From Patescibacteria group bacterium (lineage in GTDB: Bacteria; Patescibacteriota; Minisyncoccia; UBA6257; 02-FULL-45-10c), in NCBI GenBank assembly GCA_018969615.1, contig JAGWYA010000004.1, positions 9,922-73,921 of the forward strand: DNA of 64,000 bases, in the 5' to 3' direction. How positions within the stretch are numbered: the first letter of the stretch is position 1; each line of letters begins with the position of its first letter. Shown here piece after piece: positions 1-8,952 of the stretch. The position numbers and the translations under genes are program-made. The notes beneath the pieces were generated by a model. That model did no database searches, was not told the origin of the DNA, and saw nothing but the letters and a program-made list of their open reading frames with translations.

Positions 1-75
1 GCTTGGCGGAGGCCGATGGATGGCAATTGGGCGAACGCCGCCGCGAATTTTTTAATAGGGTCGGGGAGCATAAAT

Positions 76-150
76 AGTGAGTAGGGAGTAGCGCGTGGGC
101 AGTAGGGATAATAAGTAGTTAGTAGTGAGTAGGCAGTGGGTAAGGAATAG
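76..150. repeat. Heptad-periodic repeat array (GTAGGGA / GTAGGCA / GTAGTGA units). Same family as 5915-5945 and 46929-47020.
   Basis: Direct reading shows about 7-bp periodic GTRGNNA units: gtgaGTAGGGAGTAGCGCGTGGGCAGTAGGGAtaataaGTAGTTAGTAGTGAGTAGGCAGTGGGTAagg. Confidence 0.5.
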
Positions 151-159
151 GTCTAAAGT

Positions 160-181
160 CCCTGCCTGCCGGCAGGCAGGG
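160..181 (-). terminator. GC palindrome CCTGCCTGCCGGCAGGCAGG (perfect 20-bp) immediately downstream of dnaB on the minus strand. A near-identical copy lies at 23417-23437.
   Basis: Perfect inverted repeat that follows the dnaB stop codon. The U-run on the minus strand is weak. Confidence 0.45.
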
Positions 182-204
182 AATGTCGAAAGTCAGAAAA
201 CAAA

Positions 205-1554
205 TTATGATTCGGGATTATGGTAGGTATCGATCGAAAGGAAGCTTGCTTTGGTCGGATCGAATTTCAGTTTAACCGTGCCGACCGGACCGTTGCGGTG
301 CTTGGCAATGATGATCTCCGCCGTATCGTCATCATCCATTCCGGGGTTGGCGACGTTGCGGTCTTTGCGGTAAATAAACATCACGACGTCAGCGTCTTGC
401 TCGATGGAGCCTGATTCGCGAAGGTCGGAGAGCCGCGGCCGCTTATTGTCACGTTTGTCGACCTCGCGGGAGAGCTGCGAGAGGGCGAGGACCGGGACGT
501 TCAATTCGCGCGCCATGGATTTTAATCCGCGGGAGAATTCGGTGACCTGTTGAACCATATTATCACTATGCATCCGCGGCTGGATCAGTTGGAGATAGTC
601 GACGACAATGAGACCGAGGCCGTGCTCAGCCTGCAGGCGGCGGGCCATGGAGCGCATCTGGAGGACGGTCGGCGAAGGCGAGTCGTCGATATAGACCGGT
701 GCGCGGGAAAGATGGTCGAGCGCATTCTGGATAAGGCCGAAATCCTCGTCGGCCTTCAGTCGGCCGGTACGGAGCTCCCAGAGCGGGATGCCCGCTTCGG
801 ACGAGATAAGACGGTCTACGATCTGTTCGCGGGACATTTCCAGCGAAAAGATGCCGACTGGGACGTTCTCTTTGACTGCGACGTGCCGGGCGATATCAAG
901 TGCGAGAGAGGTTTTACCAAGCGACGGGCGGGCGCCCAGGATGACCAGGTCTGATTTCTGGAATCCGGAGAGCATATTATCGAGGCCGGAGAATCCGGTC
1001 GGGACGCCGCGCATCGTGCCTTCGCCGCTGTGCAGTTTTTCGATGCGTTCGAATGCGCCTTTCAGTTCGTCTTTGAGCGGCGAGAATTTCTGGCTGAACG
1101 AGTGCTGGGAGATCGCAAAGATCTTCTGTTCGATCGCATCCAGGATATCGTCGACATCATCAGAAGAGGAGAACGCGTTCTCGGTGATCTCGGCCGATGT
1201 TTTAATGAGATCGCGGAGGACCTTTTTCTCTTTGACGATCTTCGCGTAGTGTTCGACATGCGCCGCGGACGGGACGGAATCGATGAGCTTGGCAAGAAAC
1301 GACTGTCCGCCGATCTCTTTGAGCACATTTTCGCTTTTCAGTTTTTCGGTCACGCTCAAGATATCGATCGGTTGGCGCTTTTCATAGAGCGAAAGCATGA
1401 CCTCATAGATCTTCGAGTGGGCGGGTTTATAAAAATCTTCCTCGGTAAGGATATCCGCCGCATTGATGATGGCGTTCTTATCAAGCATGATCGCGCCGAG
1501 CACTGACTGTTCGGCGTCGATGTTTTGCGGAGGTAATTTAAGGGAAGTGGCCAT
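205..1554 (-). CDS. dnaB: Replicative DNA helicase DnaB
   Basis: 449 aa. Walker A motif GARPSLGKT, an N-terminal DnaB domain, and the conserved C-terminal RecA-like helicase motifs SLEMS and SQLSR. Confidence 0.93.
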   Translation of the reverse strand: MATSLKLPPQNIDAEQSVLGAIMLDKNAIINAADILTEEDFYKPAHSKIYEVMLSLYEKRQPIDILSVTEKLKSENVLKEIGGQSFLAKLIDSVPSAAHVEHYAKIVKEKKVLRDLIKTSAEITENAFSSSDDVDDILDAIEQKIFAISQHSFSQKFSPLKDELKGAFERIEKLHSGEGTMRGVPTGFSGLDNMLSGFQKSDLVILGARPSLGKTSLALDIARHVAVKENVPVGIFSLEMSREQIVDRLISSEAGIPLWELRTGRLKADEDFGLIQNALDHLSRAPVYIDDSPSPTVLQMRSMARRLQAEHGLGLIVVDYLQLIQPRMHSDNMVQQVTEFSRGLKSMARELNVPVLALSQLSREVDKRDNKRPRLSDLRESGSIEQDADVVMFIYRKDRNVANPGMDDDDTAEIIIAKHRNGPVGTVKLKFDPTKASFLSIDTYHNPES

Positions 1555-1632
1555 AAGCGAACGTATGCAATAAGACGTTCCGCTGCGTGCAGGGGAGAGA
1601 ATACTTGCTGTTCAGGAGTATGCGCGTACGCG

Positions 1633-3015
1633 TTACTCCTTCGGAAGGACGAGCGGACCCAGTAGTGTGTCCTCTATGATATATCCTACCGTGTCCAGTT
1701 CCTCGCGCAAAGCATCGGCCTGGATAAACTGTTTATGACTTCGAAGCGACTCCCGTTCCTTCGCTTTCTTCATGATCGCCGCGGGGACGCGCGGCTTCTT
1801 TTTAAGCCCTAATCCGAGGATTCCTAGCTTTTCTACCAACAGATCGCTGATCGCCTTTGCATCGGCGGCAGACATGGTCCACATCTGCGGCTCAACGGCA
1901 TTGAGGAGGCTGAAAAGCGCACCCAGGGCGTCCGGTGTATTGAAGTCATCGTCCATCGCAGCGGTGAATTTCTCCTCAGCGGTTTTGAGCATGTTTGTGA
2001 CTTCGTTTCCGGCACTTCCTTTTTTGCGCTTAAGGGCAAGACGTGCAAGCGTATGCCGGAGATGGGCGAGCGAGCTTGCTGCCTGAGCCGCCGCCGCTTC
2101 GGAATAATCGATCGGGGAACGATAGTGGTGCGAAAGCACGAGCATGCGCAGTGTTTCGGAAGCATGGTGTGCAAGAAAATCGTTGATCGTAATGAAATTG
2201 CCGAGCGACTTTGACATCTTCTCGCCGTTCACCAAAAGGAAGCCGGTATGCATCCAGATCCGGACGAACGGTTCTTTGCCCGAAGCTGATTCCTGCTGCG
2301 CGATCTCCGCTTCGTGGTGGGGGAATTTCAGATCAGCGGCCCCGCCGTGCAGATCGTATTGCGGACCGAAGAAGTGTTCGGAGATCGCCGTGTCTTCAAT
2401 GTGCCATCCCGGCCGTCCGGTGCCCAGCGGCGTTTTCCATTTCGGTTCGCCCGGCTTCGAATATTTCCATAGGCAGAAGTCGCCAGGATTCTTTTTATTC
2501 GTGCTGGTATCGATCCGGCTTACCCCGTCGCTTGCTTGGGCTGCCGTGCGGCGGGAGAGCTTGCCATAGGAAGGAAATGTTGAGAGATCGAAATACCAGC
2601 CGTCATCCGGGATCTCGTAGGCATGGCCGGTATCAATGAGTGTTTGAACCTGCTTGACGATGTCGGGAATGAAGTCGGTCGCGCGGGCATACATGCTTAC
2701 GCTGGTGACGCCGAGCTGTTTCATATTTTGATGATAGGAACGTTCAAGCTCCCGCACCAGTTTTTTCCAAGCGGTCTTTTGCTGAGCCGCCCGGTCGATG
2801 ATCTTGTCATCGATGTCGGTGATATTCTGAAGATAGGTGACTTCGCGTCCGCGTGCGCGGAGATAGCGGACGATCGCATCGAACGCGATATAGGTGCGGG
2901 CATGGCCGATATGCGCATGGTCATAGACGGTCGGACCGCAGACAAAAAGCCGCAGCGGATCGTGGTCGGGAAGCGGTTCTTTTTTTCCGGAAAGCGTGTT
3001 GAATGCCTGAAGCAT
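1633..3015 (-). CDS. cysS: Cysteinyl-tRNA synthetase
   Basis: 460 aa. Class I HIGH motif (CGPTVYDHAHIGHARTY) and KMSKS motif (KMSKSLGN). CysRS architecture. Confidence 0.93.
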   Translation of the reverse strand: MLQAFNTLSGKKEPLPDHDPLRLFVCGPTVYDHAHIGHARTYIAFDAIVRYLRARGREVTYLQNITDIDDKIIDRAAQQKTAWKKLVRELERSYHQNMKQLGVTSVSMYARATDFIPDIVKQVQTLIDTGHAYEIPDDGWYFDLSTFPSYGKLSRRTAAQASDGVSRIDTSTNKKNPGDFCLWKYSKPGEPKWKTPLGTGRPGWHIEDTAISEHFFGPQYDLHGGAADLKFPHHEAEIAQQESASGKEPFVRIWMHTGFLLVNGEKMSKSLGNFITINDFLAHHASETLRMLVLSHHYRSPIDYSEAAAAQAASSLAHLRHTLARLALKRKKGSAGNEVTNMLKTAEEKFTAAMDDDFNTPDALGALFSLLNAVEPQMWTMSAADAKAISDLLVEKLGILGLGLKKKPRVPAAIMKKAKERESLRSHKQFIQADALREELDTVGYIIEDTLLGPLVLPKE

Positions 3016-3133
3016 GTTTCAATTTTACTATATATTTGGATATCCCGCTAACATAAAACATTAAATACAAACCCTTGAAATTCTATATATTAAAAGATAA
3101 ACTTTGTATTAGTTCTCTAATGAAGGGGATCAA

Positions 3134-3493
3134 ATGAACGAAGCGAGTTTCAATGACATCTCGGCAAGAGTAAATAATTTATTGAATCATTTCAAAATCG
3201 GATCCCGTGTTTTGGCATTGATGTTGAAAGTTTCCGAATCCACGGTGAGGCGCGCGCGAAATGGAAAAGGCGGCTACAGATTATCGGAATTAAAAAGATT
3301 CGATAAATTAGAAAAAATGGTACGGGAAACTCCCAATGTTTTTGTTCCCGGAGGATTTGGTGAATGGTTTCGTGATCCGAATGAGTGCCTCGGCGGCTTA
3401 TCACCATTGGATTGCATTTTAAAATTTGATGAAAAAGGAATGGATCACGTTGCTGGTCTCTTAACGGGTATCAAATACGGTATCCCTTCGTAA
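3134..3493 (+). CDS. Xre-family antitoxin-like protein with a C-terminal DUF2384 (MbcA/ParS-type toxin-binding) domain
   Basis: 119 aa. N-terminal HTH-like segment (LKVSESTVRRAR). The C-terminus EWFRDPNECLGGLSPLDCILKFDEKGMDHVAGLLTGIKYGI matches the W.r.PN..LGG..PL..l....G...V..LL..i..G signature of the Xre/MbcA/ParS antitoxin C-terminal domain. GGGGA ribosome-binding site upstream. Confidence 0.6.
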   Translation: MNEASFNDISARVNNLLNHFKIGSRVLALMLKVSESTVRRARNGKGGYRLSELKRFDKLEKMVRETPNVFVPGGFGEWFRDPNECLGGLSPLDCILKFDEKGMDHVAGLLTGIKYGIPS

Positions 3494-3506
3494 CCGGCCT
3501 AAGAGC
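3484..3506 (+). terminator. Rho-independent terminator (CCGGCctaagaGCCGG followed by T6)
   Basis: Hairpin plus T-run directly after the stop codon of the 3134-3493 gene. Confidence 0.55.
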
Positions 3507-3568
3507 CGGTTTTTTATTTTAGCTTTTAATCTTTACTTTCGACTTTTTACTTTCGACGTTCGACTGGC

Positions 3569-4477
3569 TTATATCCACCCTTTCTTGCGGAAGAAGAAGA
3601 GGACGAGCGAGGTGCAGAGAAGGACAATAAAGAAGGTAAGCGCAAAAACGGCAAGGCTCCCGTCGGTGAATTTATCGACGGCGGGGACGGTGAAGAACGC
3701 GGTCGTCAGCACGAGCGGGAAGGTAAGGAAGGCAAGAATGGTGAAGCGCTGCATGACGCTGTTCGTTTTTGCATCCAGAAGCTGTGCGTTGGTCTGTTCA
3801 AGCGCATCGACGGTCTCTTTGAAGTTGTCGAGGAGCTGCATGATCTTGAGGTGATCGCCGGCAAGGTCCGAGAAGTAGATCTTGATCTGTTCATTCCAGA
3901 ACTTTCCGCCCACTTCGCGGAGGGATTCAAGGATGATCTCCTGCGGCTTACTGATGATGCTGTAGTCGAGGATGTCGCGCTTGAGATAGGAGATCTCCTC
4001 AAGAAGCTTCCGTTCTTCGCCCTGGAAGAGATCTTTCGTGAGCTGAGAGACATTCTCTTCGATATGGCGAAGCTGCCGCTGGGAGAAGAACAGGATCTCT
4101 TCAATAAGGTAGTAGAGGAGCCGTCCGGTGTCCTCGCCGAGGGCGCGGTCCTTGAAATGCGGATCGTTGCTGAGACGGCGCCAGAAGTTGTTCAGCGGCT
4201 CAAGGTCTTCATAGTGGACCGTGATGATCTTATCCTTGGTGATCAGAAAATCAACCTCGCCTTTGCGCGAGCTTTTGATGTTCTTGTCATAGATCGGCAG
4301 GTGATAGGTGAGATAGAGGTATTTCTCATACGGTTCCACGCGGGAGCGCGCAGAGGTATGCAAAAGCTCATCGAGAATGATCGGATGGAACTTGTGCTGT
4401 TTCCGGATGAACTCAATATCCTTTTTGGTCGGGTTCTGGACGTCGATCCAGGTGAATTTCCCTTTGATGATCCTCAT
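3569..4477 (-). CDS. CorA-family divalent cation transporter-like protein lacking the canonical GMN motif
   Basis: 302 aa. The N-terminal region fits the CorA pattern (TWIDVQNPTKKDIEFIRKQHKFHPIILDELL...YEKYLYLTYHLP). Two C-terminal transmembrane helices. The inter-helix loop reads VPAVDKFTDGS rather than YGMN. Confidence 0.65.
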   Translation of the reverse strand: MRIIKGKFTWIDVQNPTKKDIEFIRKQHKFHPIILDELLHTSARSRVEPYEKYLYLTYHLPIYDKNIKSSRKGEVDFLITKDKIITVHYEDLEPLNNFWRRLSNDPHFKDRALGEDTGRLLYYLIEEILFFSQRQLRHIEENVSQLTKDLFQGEERKLLEEISYLKRDILDYSIISKPQEIILESLREVGGKFWNEQIKIYFSDLAGDHLKIMQLLDNFKETVDALEQTNAQLLDAKTNSVMQRFTILAFLTFPLVLTTAFFTVPAVDKFTDGSLAVFALTFFIVLLCTSLVLFFFRKKGWI

Positions 4478-4503
4478 ATCGTAAGTATATCATATGGGGA
4501 TAA

Positions 4504-4530
4504 TTAGCACTCTTGACATGAGAGTGCTAA
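4504..4530. promoter_or_regulatory. CIRCE operator (HrcA binding site): TTAGCACTC-N9-GAGTGCTAA
   Basis: Perfect match to the CIRCE consensus, located 140 bp upstream of hrcA. Confidence 0.88.
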
Positions 4531-4542
4531 TTTTTTTACAAT
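4513..4542 (+). promoter_or_regulatory. Putative sigma70-type promoter overlapping CIRCE (-35 TTGACA, 18-bp spacer, -10 TACAAT)
   Basis: The hexamers were read directly. This is the classic arrangement in which the promoter is embedded in the HrcA operator. Confidence 0.5.
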
Positions 4543-4669
4543 AGGAACATTATGCCAGGTAGTAGATCTGCGATTAGAATCTGATTTTCGCATCTTGCTA
4601 ATTGGCAGCTAACGTATAAGTGGAAAATAAGAAATATTATAAATAATCAATAAAAATCAGATTCTGCGG

Positions 4670-5398
4670 ATGAACATCGCAGACTCACTACCTGGTATGA
4701 TGAACGCGCGTACCCAATCCATTCTTGAGGCGGCGATCAAGGAATATATCAAGACCGGCGAGCCGGTGAGCTCGCGTGTCCTGAGCAAGAAATATGATTT
4801 CGGCGTAAAAGATGCGACCATCCGGAACGAATTGAGCCGCCTCACCAAGGACGGCTATTTGGCGCAGGAGCATACGTCCGGCGGCCGGGTGCCGACCGAT
4901 AAGGGATACGGCTTGTTCGTGATGCATACGTATCAGAACCTGCTTGATTCGAAGCGGATCATCAATGACCGGCAGACGCGCCTGGCAAGCGGCCTGAAGA
5001 AGGGGAATGTCCGCGAGGCTGTGAAGGCGCTATCCAATGAAACGAAGGCGCTGGGGGTCATTCAGAGCGGCGAGGATGTGTATAAGACCGGTCTGAACGA
5101 TCTCTTCGAGCAGCTTAACCTTGATGCGCGGCAGGACCTGCAGGAGATCATTGAAGATTTTGAATCATTGGATGATCGCCTCGCGCAATTCCAGAAGAAG
5201 TTTCTGCAGGCCGCTTCTTCGCCTCAGGTGTTCATCGGAAAGAAAAGTCCGATCACGCAGAGCGAGAACCTTTCGGTCATTCTTGATTGTTATACGGTAG
5301 ACGGTGAGAAGGTCATTATCGCGGTCATCGGGCCGAAGCGCATGGACTACGATAAGAACTTGAAACTATTAAAAGGATTACATGAATTATATGAATAA
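4670..5398 (+). CDS. hrcA: Heat-inducible transcription repressor HrcA (short form)
   Basis: 242 aa. N-terminal winged-helix region resembles HrcA (ILEAAIKEYIKTGEPVSSRVLSKKY). First gene of the hrcA-grpE-dnaK operon, downstream of CIRCE. Confidence 0.8.
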   Translation: MNIADSLPGMMNARTQSILEAAIKEYIKTGEPVSSRVLSKKYDFGVKDATIRNELSRLTKDGYLAQEHTSGGRVPTDKGYGLFVMHTYQNLLDSKRIINDRQTRLASGLKKGNVREAVKALSNETKALGVIQSGEDVYKTGLNDLFEQLNLDARQDLQEIIEDFESLDDRLAQFQKKFLQAASSPQVFIGKKSPITQSENLSVILDCYTVDGEKVIIAVIGPKRMDYDKNLKLLKGLHELYE

Positions 5399-5909
5399 TG
5401 ACGAACCGATAAAACAGAATACGGAAGAGCAGGAATTGGCGCCGCAAGTGAATGAGTCGAATGGTTCGGCAAGCTCACCACAAGCCGATCTCGAAAAGGT
5501 AGAGCAGGAACGCGACGAGTATCTGAACGGATGGAAGCGGGCGAAAGCCGATTTCATCAATTATCAGAAAGATGAGACTAAGCGTCTGCGGGATGCGATA
5601 GGGTATGGGTCGGAGAACATGATGCGCGATCTGATCCCGGTCCTTGACAGTTTCGCCCTTGCCGCCATGGCGGGAAAGGACGACGAGGGAATGAAAGCGA
5701 TCCAGAGCCAATTGAAGGATGTGCTGAAGCGGCATGGACTGGAGAAGATGGCGGTAAGTCCGGGAGATGCGTTCGATGTCACGGTCCATGAGTCGCTCGG
5801 CGAGATGGAATCGGATAAGCCATCGGGCACGGTCGCGGCGGAAGTCGAAGCGGGATATCTGCTGAACGGGAAGGTTATCCGTCCGGCGAGAGTGAAGCTG
5901 GCGAAATGA
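5382..5909 (+). CDS. grpE: Nucleotide exchange factor GrpE
   Basis: 175 aa. GrpE signature (EYLNGWKRAKADFINYQKDETKRL). Overlaps the hrcA stop and precedes dnaK. Confidence 0.88.
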   Translation: MNYMNNDEPIKQNTEEQELAPQVNESNGSASSPQADLEKVEQERDEYLNGWKRAKADFINYQKDETKRLRDAIGYGSENMMRDLIPVLDSFALAAMAGKDDEGMKAIQSQLKDVLKRHGLEKMAVSPGDAFDVTVHESLGEMESDKPSGTVAAEVEAGYLLNGKVIRPARVKLAK

Positions 5910-5914
5910 AGATA

Positions 5915-5945
5915 GTGCGTAGGCAGTAGGGAGTAGGCAGTAACA
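5915..5945. repeat. GTAGGSA heptad repeat (gtgcGTAGGCAGTAGGGAGTAGGCAGTAAC) in the grpE-dnaK intergenic region
   Basis: Same unit as in 76-150 and 46929-47020. Confidence 0.5.
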
Positions 5946-5973
5946 TTACAAAACAAATCTTTTTAAAATAACT

Positions 5974-7842
5974 ATGGCAAAAATATTAGGTATCGACTTG
6001 GGAACAACGAACTCGGCAATGGCGATCATGGAGGCCGGAGGCCCTCGCGTGCTTGAGAACGCGGAAGGGAACCGCACAACGCCGTCCATCGCCGCATTCA
6101 GTAAATCGAAAGAGCGCGTCGTCGGTTTGCTTGCAAAGCGGCAGGCGGTGACCAATCCGCAGAACACTATCGCATCAGTGAAGCGCCTGATCGGGCGTAA
6201 ATTCACCGACGCCGAGGTTCAGAGCGATAAAAAAACGCTTCCCTATGAGATCCGCGCGACCGCTACGGGCGGCGTGGAGGTGAAGATGGGCGAGCAGTGG
6301 TACAAGCCGGAAGAGATCTCGGCAATGGTGCTCGGCAAATTAAAGGCGGATGCGGAGGCCTTGCTTGGCGAAAAGATCACCGAGGCGGTCATTACGGTTC
6401 CGGCATATTTCGACGACAGTCAGCGCCAGGCGACCAAGAATGCCGGCGAGATCGCCGGTTTGAAGGTCAGCCGTATCATCAATGAGCCGACGGCGGCAGC
6501 CCTTGCCTACGGCATGAACAAGAAAAAGAACGAAAAGATCGTGGTCTATGACTTCGGCGGCGGAACGTTCGACGTCTCCGTGCTGGAAGTCGCCGACGAT
6601 ACCGTTGAGGTGAAATCCACCGGCGGTGACACCCACTTGGGCGGCGACGACTTCGACAAGAAGATCATCGACTTCCTGATTGACCAGTATCGCAAGGAAT
6701 CGGGGATCGATATCTCCAAGGATCCGCTCGCGATCCAACGCTTGAAAGAGGCCGCTGAAAAGGCGAAACACGAGCTTTCGTCGTCGTTCGAGACCGAGAT
6801 CAATATTCCGTATATCAGTTCCGACGCGTCCGGTCCGAAGCATTTCCTGTTGAAAATGACGCGTGCAAAACTGGAAGAGCTGGTGAAGCCGTTCATTGAC
6901 CGTTCCATTGAGCTGACGCTGAAGACCGTAAAGGATGCGAAATTCGACGTGAAGGACATCAACGAGGTTATTCTGGTCGGCGGACAGACCCGTATGCCGG
7001 CGATGGCCGATGCGGTGAAAAACGCGTTCGGCAAAGAGCCGCATAAAGGCGTGAATCCGGATGAGGTGGTGGCGATCGGCGCCGCGATCCAGGCGGGTAT
7101 CATGCAGGGTGACGTGAAGGACGTATTGTTGCTCGACGTGACCCCGTTGTCGCTCGGTATTGAAACTCTCGGCGGCGTGTTCACTCGTCTGATCGAAAAG
7201 AACACGACGATCCCGACCGCGAAGACGCAGGTGTTCTCGACCGCGGCCGACAATCAGCCGTCGGTGGAGATCCATGTGTTGCAGGGCGAACGCGAAATGG
7301 CGGCGGACAACAAGACGCTTGCCAAGTTCATGCTCGACGGCATTCCGCCGGCGCCGCGCGGCGTTCCGCAGGTTGAAGTGACCTTCGACATCGACGCGAA
7401 CGGCATCTTGAACGTGTCCGCAAAGGACAAGGCGAGCGGTAAAGTGCAGAGCGTGAAGATCGAGGCATCAACCGGCCTTTCAAAAGAGGAGGTTGAGCGT
7501 TTGAAGAACGAAGCCGCCGCGCATCGCGAAGAAGACCAGAAGAAACGCGAACTGATCGAAGTGAAGAACTCGGCGGAGAGCGCGGTGTATGCGGGCGAGA
7601 AAGCGATCCGTGAAGCGGGCGATAAGGTTCCGGAGGATATCAAGACAGCCGTCACGGCGAAGATCGATGCGGTGAAAGCGGTGAAAGACGGCACGGACGC
7701 CGAAGCGATCAAGAAAGCACTGGAGGAATTGTCTCAGGAAGCGCAGAAGATCGGCGCGCATATGTACAAAGATCAGGGTGCCGGCGCGCAGCCGGGCGCG
7801 GCTGGTCCGGAAGCCCCGAAGGGCGAGGAGCCGAAGGCGTAA
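5974..7842 (+). CDS. dnaK: Molecular chaperone DnaK (Hsp70)
   Basis: 622 aa. Hsp70 signatures [20 protein letters not shown] and [11 protein letters not shown]. Confidence 0.97.
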   Translation: MAKILGIDLGTTNSAMAIMEAGGPRVLENAEGNRTTPSIAAFSKSKERVVGLLAKRQAVTNPQNTIASVKRLIGRKFTDAEVQSDKKTLPYEIRATATGGVEVKMGEQWYKPEEISAMVLGKLKADAEALLGEKITEAVITVPAYFDDSQRQATKNAGEIAGLKVSRIINEPTAAALAYGMNKKKNEKIVVYDFGGGTFDVSVLEVADDTVEVKSTGGDTHLGGDDFDKKIIDFLIDQYRKESGIDISKDPLAIQRLKEAAEKAKHELSSSFETEINIPYISSDASGPKHFLLKMTRAKLEELVKPFIDRSIELTLKTVKDAKFDVKDINEVILVGGQTRMPAMADAVKNAFGKEPHKGVNPDEVVAIGAAIQAGIMQGDVKDVLLLDVTPLSLGIETLGGVFTRLIEKNTTIPTAKTQVFSTAADNQPSVEIHVLQGEREMAADNKTLAKFMLDGIPPAPRGVPQVEVTFDIDANGILNVSAKDKASGKVQSVKIEASTGLSKEEVERLKNEAAAHREEDQKKRELIEVKNSAESAVYAGEKAIREAGDKVPEDIKTAVTAKIDAVKAVKDGTDAEAIKKALEELSQEAQKIGAHMYKDQGAGAQPGAAGPEAPKGEEPKA

Positions 7843-7861
7843 CGCGTGGTATACTAAGAAT

Positions 7862-8848
7862 ATGCTTGAGAACTCTTCATCGACTACCGCACAGGACGCA
7901 AACATTGATGCTTCGGTCGCGAAAATGATCGGCTTGGGCGTGGTGAATATCCTCGCCGCGGCATTCCTTGCGTTCACGTTGCGCCAGGTCTTTGCGGATG
8001 GAGGGGTCAGCGCCAGGAATATTCTCGGTACGACGATCGCGAACCTTTTGTTCCTTTCGTGCGTGCTGCTGCAGGTTTTCTTTGTTAAATCAATGAAGGT
8101 CCAGAGCATCCTGGTCCTTTTGGAGGCTTTGGTGATCGCATCGCCGTTCGTGTTCTATTGGTCGGGGCTGTTCCTGCTTGCGCTGGCGCTGCTGATCTTG
8201 TTCATGATGAACGGGCTCCGGTCGGGGATGAAAGAAATGGACAATGAAATGGCGGTCCGGTTTAAGATGATCGAGCGGAAGACGCTTCCGGCGATCATTA
8301 CCGGGCTCTCCCTCTTTATCAGCATCATCTATCTTGCGATCAACGGGACCGGCGCATCGTTCCTCTCAAAGGATGCGTTTGCGGTCATGATGAAGCCGGT
8401 AGATCCGATCGCGCAAAGCCTTTTGATGCCGGGTTTTTCAGTGAATATGACCATGACCGAGCTCGCGCAGGCGGTTGCGGTCCGCCAGCTAGGGACGACC
8501 TTCACATCGCTGACGCCTGATCTGCAGAGCCAGGCGCTTGAGGCGATCCTGACACAGCTGCGCGGGCAAGCCGCAACTTATGGCGTTTCATTCACGGATT
8601 CTGAAACGGTAAGCGATGTGCTCTATTCGTATTTCGTGCGGCAGTTCAATCAGATCCCGAACCAGTACCGCTCGCTGCTCCCGTATGTGATCCTGATCCT
8701 GACCTTTATTACGGTAAAAAGCTTAGGCGCTTTGCTTCGCTGGCTTATCATCCCGCTGGCCTATGCGCTGTATCAGTTCTTGTTGGCGACCGGTTTCGCG
8801 CGGATCAGTCTTGAATCGCGCAGCCGACAGATCATTACGTTGGGGTAG
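7862..8848 (+). CDS. Hypothetical polytopic membrane protein encoded between dnaK and dnaJ
   Basis: About 328 aa counted from the ATG at 7862; the listed ORF would start inside the dnaK tail. Several hydrophobic helices. No recognisable family. Preceded by a TATACT -10 hexamer near 7850. Confidence 0.5.
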   Translation: MLENSSSTTAQDANIDASVAKMIGLGVVNILAAAFLAFTLRQVFADGGVSARNILGTTIANLLFLSCVLLQVFFVKSMKVQSILVLLEALVIASPFVFYWSGLFLLALALLILFMMNGLRSGMKEMDNEMAVRFKMIERKTLPAIITGLSLFISIIYLAINGTGASFLSKDAFAVMMKPVDPIAQSLLMPGFSVNMTMTELAQAVAVRQLGTTFTSLTPDLQSQALEAILTQLRGQAATYGVSFTDSETVSDVLYSYFVRQFNQIPNQYRSLLPYVILILTFITVKSLGALLRWLIIPLAYALYQFLLATGFARISLESRSRQIITLG

Positions 8849-8850
8849 CG

Positions 8851-8866
8851 ATTGGAAATTTCCAAT
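8851..8866. promoter_or_regulatory. Perfect 16-bp palindrome ATTGGAAATTTCCAAT upstream of dnaJ (possible operator)
   Basis: Read directly. Contains a GAAnnTTC core. Confidence 0.3.
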
Positions 8867-8952
8867 TACCGATACCCAATTTCAATCACTGGATCTTGAT
8901 CTTGCCGGCACCGCGCGGGATCGCTTGTTCGGTTTTCGTTATCTAAAGCATT

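Noticed and set aside
76-150. Heptad repeat arrays considered as a CRISPR array
   Set aside because: The units are 7 bp and contiguous, with no spacers of about 30 bp and no cas genes; they are not CRISPR.
3851-4507. Plus-strand 218-aa ORF that could have been the missing RES toxin partner of the DUF2384 antitoxin
   Set aside because: It lies antisense to the CorA-family gene, has no RES motifs (Arg-Glu-Ser signature) and is not membrane-protein-like; it is an antisense artefact.
6340-7275. Long minus-strand ORFs inside dnaK (6340-7275, 6546-7253). Similar long antisense ORFs lie inside dnaG (24203-25555), mrdA (55449-56645), SecA (62250-63995), alaS and dnaJ.
   Set aside because: Their products are Arg/Pro-rich and have low complexity. 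They lie antisense to clearly homologous housekeeping genes. High third-position GC in this genome generates long spurious antisense frames.
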